Assembly (NCBI GenBank): GCA_018823885.1
Contig: JAHJHG010000006.1
Coordinates: forward strand, 10,752 to 74,751
Source: Patescibacteria group bacterium
Lineage (GTDB): Bacteria > Patescibacteriota > Microgenomatia > UBA8517
Length of the DNA stretch: 64,000 bases
Direction: 5' to 3'
The position numbers and the translations under genes are program-made. Every line of letters begins with the position of its first letter. The stretch's first letter is position 1. The notes under the pieces are model-generated. The model was given only the letters and a program-made list of their open reading frames with translations. It made no database searches and was not told the DNA's origin. Of this stretch, positions 58,370-64,000 are shown in pieces.

Positions 58370-60807
58370 TCTGGTTTTCCTCTAAATAATACTTTAGCAG
58401 TTTCAATAATGATAAACATTAGTATTGATGCTGAAAAAACAATCGCCCATTGCAGAACGGTCAAGGGAACAATTCCCAGAAAATCTCGCGAGAATTCGAA
58501 AAGAAAGGGGGCTACTTGAAGCACCAGTCCTGCCAATACAGCTATATTTAGCCATCGATTAGCGAACACCTTCCCTTTCCAAAAAGAAACTGTCAGGGTC
58601 CTTATCGAGAAAACATAAACAAGTGAGTTTACGCCTAATGTAGCAAAAGCGATTGAACGGGCAACCGGCAGTTCTCCTGTTGTTTTATAAAAATAGATAA
58701 ATAGAGCTAGGGCAACAATACCGCCAACCAAAGAAACTATCAATATTATGTCTTTCATCCAAGTGTTCACGATTGGCTCCTTAGAGGAGCGCGGAGCTCT
58801 TTTCATAATGTCAGGCGCCCGGGGATCAACCGTTAAAGCAAGATCGGGAAAACCATCCGAAATCAAGTTAATCCACAATATTTGTCCTGCCGTTACCGCC
58901 AGAGGTAAGCCCAAAATAAGCGTACCCAAAACAGCGACAATTTCTTCAAAAGCATCGCTCATCAGGTAAAGAATTATTTTTCTAATGTTGTCAAATATTC
59001 CTCTGCCTTCTTCTATCGCCTCAACAATGGTCGCAAAACTCGAATCAAGAAGAATCAAGTCAGCCGTTTCCTTAGCAACATCGGTGGCTTCTCCAACCAC
59101 AATTCCAATATCGGCTTTTTTCAGAGCAGGGGCATCGTTAACGCCATCCCCCATCATGGCAACTACCTCTCCATTTTTCTTTAACGCCTCGACTATTTTT
59201 AATTTATGCTCTGGTGTTGTTCTCGCAAAAAGCTTTGTCTCACCCTCAATAAGCATGGCCGCCAATTTATCAACATTAAGCTTTGCCACATCTTCACCCA
59301 AAACAACGCAATTATCTTCGCAGGCAATACCAAGCTGGTCCATAACAGAAATTGCAGTTTGGGGATAATCTCCCGTAATCACTAAAAACTTAACCCCTGC
59401 CGCTCTTGTTTTCTTAAAAGCCTCACCTACTCCAGGTCTTACCGGATCTGAAAAAGCCAAAAGCCCAACCCACTCAAGATCTTTTTTGACATCCCTTTCT
59501 TTTATTTCTTTATAACTTGAAGGAACCTTCTTTCTTGCCATTCCTATAAGTCTTTTGCCGTGTGACGATAGTTCCTTGATTGTCTGATTTAATTCTTGTT
59601 TTTCTTTTTTACTTAGGGTTGACCATTCAATCAAAAACTCCGGAGCCCCATTTACGAAAAGCATATTCCCTCCATCCTTCCATCTACTTAAACTCGCAAA
59701 AAACCTGTTCTTTGAAGTAAAAGGAATACTAGTAATGCGGGTGTGTTTTTTTCTTAAGCTTTTCGAATTCTTAAGTTTTTTCCCTGCCCATTCCCAGGCA
59801 GCGATAAGAAGAGGATCGTCTAAATCATTTGCCAGAATCGCTTGAGAAGCTATATCGTGTTCTTTTCCAATAGCGTCGACAACCCTCATTTTCCCCTCCG
59901 TCAGAGTGCCTGTTTTATCTACACAAATTACGGTAACGCTACCTAATGTTTCCGCCGAAACTAAATTTCTAACCAAGCCCTTTCTTTTTAAGATTCTCTG
60001 CATTCCTATGGCTAAAACCACAGTCAATCCAACCAAAAGACCTTCAGGAATACTCGAAACCGCCAAGGCTACGGCAGTCGTAAAAAGATCAATTATTTCT
60101 AATCCTTTAAGCATGCCAACAACAAAAACAATGGCTGTCAATCCTAATACCAACAATGAAAGCTGTTTGCTTAAAGTTTTGAGTTGTACTCGTAAAGGAG
60201 TGTCTTGACTAGGCTCCTGAATTTTCTCGGCAATCTTCCCAATCTCAGTATCCTCTCCGGTAATCTCAACAATCATTTTCGCTTGCCCAGAAACGACAAT
60301 TGTGCCCATAAAAGCTTTATCGTTTTCCTTTTTGGCAACGGATACAGATTCCCCCGTCAATATTGCCTCTGATACAAAGAGTTTATTAACTTCTACCAAT
60401 TTTCCGTCTGCGGGAATCTTTTCTCCTTGACCTAAAACAACAATATCTCCAGGAACAACTTCTGAGACATCTATCTTTTCCAAATGTCCATTTCTTATTA
60501 CTTGAGCCTCAGGATGAATAAGTTTTTTGAGGGCAAAGAGAGCTTTGCTGGCACGCCTTTCTTGAAAAAACCCTAATATCGTATTTAAAAAAACAGCAAA
60601 GAAAATTATGGCTGTATCTGAGCGATGGTTCAGGAAAAATGTTACAACTCCTGCCGCCACCAAAACATAAACCAAAGGATTTTTCAGTTGAGAAATAAAA
60701 ATAATCAAATCGCTTGGAGGAGGCTTCTCAGGCAAGATGTTGGGGCCATGTTTTTGCCGTTGCTCTGCTGCTTCCTTAGAAGTTAAACCCTTTTGCTCAG
60801 GTGGCAT
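58354..60807 (-). CDS. Cation-transporting P-type ATPase (type II, Ca2+/Mg2+-like)
   Basis: The 817-aa ORF carries a TGES motif (LTGESVSV), the phosphorylation site ICVDKTGTLT, and the hinge MMGDGVNDAPAL. It has 10 TM segments. Confidence 0.9.
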   Translation of the reverse strand: MPPEQKGLTSKEAAEQRQKHGPNILPEKPPPSDLIIFISQLKNPLVYVLVAAGVVTFFLNHRSDTAIIFFAVFLNTILGFFQERRASKALFALKKLIHPEAQVIRNGHLEKIDVSEVVPGDIVVLGQGEKIPADGKLVEVNKLFVSEAILTGESVSVAKKENDKAFMGTIVVSGQAKMIVEITGEDTEIGKIAEKIQEPSQDTPLRVQLKTLSKQLSLLVLGLTAIVFVVGMLKGLEIIDLFTTAVALAVSSIPEGLLVGLTVVLAIGMQRILKRKGLVRNLVSAETLGSVTVICVDKTGTLTEGKMRVVDAIGKEHDIASQAILANDLDDPLLIAAWEWAGKKLKNSKSLRKKHTRITSIPFTSKNRFFASLSRWKDGGNMLFVNGAPEFLIEWSTLSKKEKQELNQTIKELSSHGKRLIGMARKKVPSSYKEIKERDVKKDLEWVGLLAFSDPVRPGVGEAFKKTRAAGVKFLVITGDYPQTAISVMDQLGIACEDNCVVLGEDVAKLNVDKLAAMLIEGETKLFARTTPEHKLKIVEALKKNGEVVAMMGDGVNDAPALKKADIGIVVGEATDVAKETADLILLDSSFATIVEAIEEGRGIFDNIRKIILYLMSDAFEEIVAVLGTLILGLPLAVTAGQILWINLISDGFPDLALTVDPRAPDIMKRAPRSSKEPIVNTWMKDIILIVSLVGGIVALALFIYFYKTTGELPVARSIAFATLGVNSLVYVFSIRTLTVSFWKGKVFANRWLNIAVLAGLVLQVAPFLFEFSRDFLGIVPLTVLQWAIVFSASILMFIIIETAKVLFRGKPEWFQG

Positions 60808-60827
60808 ATTTTAATGCTAGCAAACAA

Positions 60828-62540
60828 CTACACATTTTGCATTTTAAAAAGTCTTTTGACTTCAGAAGTTGTAGTTGCCTGACTCACGTTTTTGTCATCC
60901 CTGAAGCGCACTAGGCGCGGGAACCTTAAAGCATATCTGCTAGAATGTGTAGGGCTTTTGGTAATATCATCTGCCGCAACTTCCATAACTAATACAGGTT
61001 CTATCCAATAGTCTGGTTCCAAGTTTTTGTGAACAATATAAGCTTTCGGCTTTTCTTTCACTTCAAGCTTGGTTAAGCGTTTCTTAAATTCTTTAAATTG
61101 CTCATCTGTTATTCCTGTACCTATTTTTGAAATGGTTTTTATTTGCTCCCCATCTCTTACGCCTACCAAAAGCTGTCCCATCCCAAATTGGGCTCTTCTT
61201 CCCTTCCCTACTGAATATCCCATCACAACACAATCAACCGTATCTGATAACTTTCCTGTTGATTTTTCTGCTTCCTTCATCTTTACCCATCGCCAACCGG
61301 TCCTACCAGGAATATATGCACTATCCACCTTCTTTAACATTATTCCTTCATATCCTTCCTTCCTTTTTTGCTTATTTAACCTGCTGATTTCATCAGGATC
61401 CTCAGTTAGATGATTTTCAACTATCTTGAAATACTCACCTTTATTAATAGATTGCTCTAAAATTTTTCTTCTCTCGAGATAGGATTTATCCATTAAATTT
61501 TTCCCATCTTTACTCAGTAAATCAAAAACATAAAACTTTATAGGCACTTTGGAAGTAGTCTCATTAATTGAGTGCTTTCTCCTTCGAGTCATTGTTGTTT
61601 GAAAACTCGCCATCGCTATTTTTTTCTCGTCAAGCCCAACCGCTTCCGCGTCAAAAATAATTTCTTTTGCTTTAACAAAGTTACTGATATTTGTTAATTC
61701 AGGAAACATCCAACTTGTTTCATTAAGATTTCTGGTAAAAGATTTAATAAATCCATTCTTACCTGCCTTGAAATGAATTTGGATTCTCAAGCCATCTAAC
61801 TTAGGCTCAACGGCCACCTTCCCCATCTTTTTAATCATCTCAGTAGGGCTCTTAATTCTCTGAGCCAGCATTGGCAAAACAGGAATTCCCAAAGTTGGAG
61901 AAATATTCTTGGCTACCTTCTCTATACCCAGTTTTTTAACCTTCTTCGTCAAAGCCCCAACATCAGGTATCACTCGATACGCCCTCTCCAGTTTTGATTT
62001 TGCACTTTTATCTCCATTTTTCATCCAAGACAACGCATCTAATATTGTTTTATCCGAAAATCCGAGTCGAAGTTTGCCAATAGGAATTCTAGCAACAAAT
62101 CTGGCACTTAAGGGGTCAAGATCCTTCAATAGTTTTGCCATTTCGTTTATCTTTCTTTCCTGACTCCCTCCCCCTTCATCTTGAGCAATTGCGAGGGTCC
62201 TTTCATAAACCTGAATCACACTTAAATTCTTTCCTTTACCAACAGCAACTTTTGTGACAACATCGCCCAGGTCTCCTTCTTTCTTATATATAGTTCTTAT
62301 CTCTTTAATTTCTTTACCGTAGGCTTCGGAAACCGCACGGAGCATCATTCTGTCAGCAATATTAAATACAATATTTTTATAATTTGGAGCAAGTTTCCCC
62401 AAAACGAGGTAGGTAATCTTGTCTATCTCTTCCGCACCTGCTTTTTTGAAAATCGAGGACAATATTTTAGTAATTTCAATTCTCGAAGAGGTTTCTTCTA
62501 ACTTCTCAAGATATTTTGCGAGTTCACTAAATTTCATCAT
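60828..62540 (-). CDS. ATP-dependent DNA ligase
   Basis: The 570-aa ORF has the adenylation motif I KxDG (VEPKLDGLRIQIHF), motifs III-V (FDAEAV, EGIMLK) and a C-terminal OB domain. Confidence 0.85.
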   Translation of the reverse strand: MMKFSELAKYLEKLEETSSRIEITKILSSIFKKAGAEEIDKITYLVLGKLAPNYKNIVFNIADRMMLRAVSEAYGKEIKEIRTIYKKEGDLGDVVTKVAVGKGKNLSVIQVYERTLAIAQDEGGGSQERKINEMAKLLKDLDPLSARFVARIPIGKLRLGFSDKTILDALSWMKNGDKSAKSKLERAYRVIPDVGALTKKVKKLGIEKVAKNISPTLGIPVLPMLAQRIKSPTEMIKKMGKVAVEPKLDGLRIQIHFKAGKNGFIKSFTRNLNETSWMFPELTNISNFVKAKEIIFDAEAVGLDEKKIAMASFQTTMTRRRKHSINETTSKVPIKFYVFDLLSKDGKNLMDKSYLERRKILEQSINKGEYFKIVENHLTEDPDEISRLNKQKRKEGYEGIMLKKVDSAYIPGRTGWRWVKMKEAEKSTGKLSDTVDCVVMGYSVGKGRRAQFGMGQLLVGVRDGEQIKTISKIGTGITDEQFKEFKKRLTKLEVKEKPKAYIVHKNLEPDYWIEPVLVMEVAADDITKSPTHSSRYALRFPRLVRFRDDKNVSQATTTSEVKRLFKMQNV

Positions 62541-62606
62541 TCTATATATTAAACCATATATGTATTGTTATTAAGCTTCGTTTTTGACTTCAATCTTTTT
62601 CCCCAT

Positions 62607-62810
62607 TTATATTTGTTTGCCAAAGTATGAGGAAAAGAAAAGAAATGCAAAAATCACCAAGCTGATAAAAACCAGGCCAAAAGTAATACTGATTAAGCCA
62701 GCCCACTTTTCATGCACAACTTTATTTATCCCTTCTCCAATAAGGGCCAACCCAAAAAGGCTTGGTAAAACCAAAATCATATATAGAAACTGTGGATCAG
62801 ATGGTGACAT
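62607..62810 (-). CDS. Small membrane protein (2 TM)
   Basis: The 67-aa ORF is hydrophobic. It overlaps a plus-strand ORF that is judged spurious. Confidence 0.3.
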   Translation of the reverse strand: MSPSDPQFLYMILVLPSLFGLALIGEGINKVVHEKWAGLISITFGLVFISLVIFAFLFFSSYFGKQI

Positions 62811-62814
62811 GTCT

Positions 62815-63879
62815 TTATCTATTGCCCATATGGTACCTGGCTGCTTTTGTTCGACCTTTTTTATTAATTATGTCTTTATCCATTAAATCTCTTATGTCTC
62901 TTAAAACCGTATCTTCTGAAACCATCGGCAGCACGCTCTTGAGATCTTGCATTACGGCCGAACCTTGATCAGAGAGATATTCCACAAGTCTCATTTGGCG
63001 CTCGCTTAAGGCCACTTGTTTACCCATTTTTGTTTTTAGTCTCGTATCTACAGAAAGTTTCCTAACTTTATCTTTTATTTTAGTTAACTCAACAGCCACA
63101 ACTTCCGTAAAATATTCAAGCCATGGCGTTAAATCACGTTGTCCAATATTCGGAGATTGCTTGTCTACCAAAGAAAAGGCATCATAGTAGGAGCCTGGAT
63201 CCTGGTCAAAATGTTCTTCTAAAGCGAAAAATTGCTTAATATCATAATTCTCTCGCCTCAAAATTAAGGAGGCAAAAGCTCGAGCTGTCCTTCCGTTTCC
63301 TTCAACAAAAGGGTGGATAGCAACCAAAACATAATGGGCAATTCCGGCTTTAATGATTGGATGAAGTGGCTTAGTCTCTTTTGCATTCAGCCATCCGATA
63401 AAATCTTCCAAAAGAAACGGCACTTCCACAAAAGGAGGTGGCTGGAAAATAATTTTGCCCGTCCCTTCTTCTTTGACTACAACTTGGCTTGTTCTAAAAA
63501 CACCAACCTTTTCTTCGGCAACGATTTTTTGAACCGTTTCTTTGTGAATATCTTTAAGAATGTCTAAATCATACCCTCCCCTTTTGCTTGCCAATTCCTC
63601 TAAAAGCCCCACAGCTCTTCTGTAATTTATTACTTCCTGAATATCCCGAGCTCGGGCAACAACGTTTTCCCCCTCAAGAACTTTTTTAGTCTGGGAAAGG
63701 CTTAAATCATTTCCTTCAATATGGGTCCCGTGGTAAATCGTCCTTACAATTGCATCTGATTGAAATTGTTTTTCAAAAGAAGGAACTAGCGGGGCATTTT
63801 CAATTACCTCCTTTGCAGCCTCAATTAAGCCAACATTTTTCAAAACGATATTGGAGATAGAGAATATAGGAGAATACAT
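62815..63879 (-). CDS. Fic family protein (canonical motif) with C-terminal winged-HTH
   Basis: The 354-aa ORF carries an intact Fic motif, IHPFVEGNGRTARAF. Its C-terminus has a wHTH (LSERQMRLVEYLSDQGSAVMQDL). Confidence 0.8.
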   Translation of the reverse strand: MYSPIFSISNIVLKNVGLIEAAKEVIENAPLVPSFEKQFQSDAIVRTIYHGTHIEGNDLSLSQTKKVLEGENVVARARDIQEVINYRRAVGLLEELASKRGGYDLDILKDIHKETVQKIVAEEKVGVFRTSQVVVKEEGTGKIIFQPPPFVEVPFLLEDFIGWLNAKETKPLHPIIKAGIAHYVLVAIHPFVEGNGRTARAFASLILRRENYDIKQFFALEEHFDQDPGSYYDAFSLVDKQSPNIGQRDLTPWLEYFTEVVAVELTKIKDKVRKLSVDTRLKTKMGKQVALSERQMRLVEYLSDQGSAVMQDLKSVLPMVSEDTVLRDIRDLMDKDIINKKGRTKAARYHMGNR

Positions 63880-64000
63880 TTCTACTTAATTATCGCAAAA
63901 TTTGCGGAAAAAACAATGTTATTATGAAGCGTTTTATGTATCTGGTATTATACTGTTAGCATGCTGGAAACAGCCAAAAAGGAAACCAAGCAATTTAAAA

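Overview
This is a low-GC (roughly 35-40% by eye), gene-dense bacterial window. The content is consistent with a reduced-genome Patescibacteria/CPR-like organism: a short 4-domain ribosomal protein S1, an ATP-dependent DNA ligase, a sortase, several secreted and surface proteins, and an unlinked rRNA locus. From start to end it contains a methyltransferase and a histidine-kinase/response-regulator pair. A cluster of phage-tailspike-like beta-helix proteins with no signal peptides follows (about 5.9-14.0 kb). Next is a divergent peptidyl-tRNA-hydrolase paralog and then a tandem array of seven tatA genes interrupted by tatC (14.6-16.7 kb). An eighth tatA is fused in operon with a 925-aa secreted SH3b protein. 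A degenerate Fic protein follows, then tRNA-Ala(CGC), a LysM-M23 peptidase, rho, a very large polytopic membrane protein, a sortase with a tiny candidate substrate, radA and rpsA. The rRNA locus is split: 5S, 23S, tRNA-Ala and tRNA-Ile on the minus strand, then a 5.9-kb insertion carrying a VirD4/TraG-like ATPase and two GC-richer cysteine-rich secreted paralogs on the opposite strand, then a 16S rRNA with its own terminator. After the 16S comes a small island with a KAP-family P-loop NTPase, a lytic transglycosylase and an excisionase-like HTH gene whose 3' end is duplicated, lying next to a tRNA-Gln/Lys/Glu cluster. The window ends with a thiol-redox block (DsbA-like, TrxB, TrxA), a canonical pth, pcm, a Ca/Na exchanger, a P-type ATPase, an ATP-dependent DNA ligase and a canonical Fic protein. 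No CRISPR array, integrase, transposase or phage capsid/terminase genes were seen. All functional calls rest on motif and architecture recognition by eye; no database search was possible.
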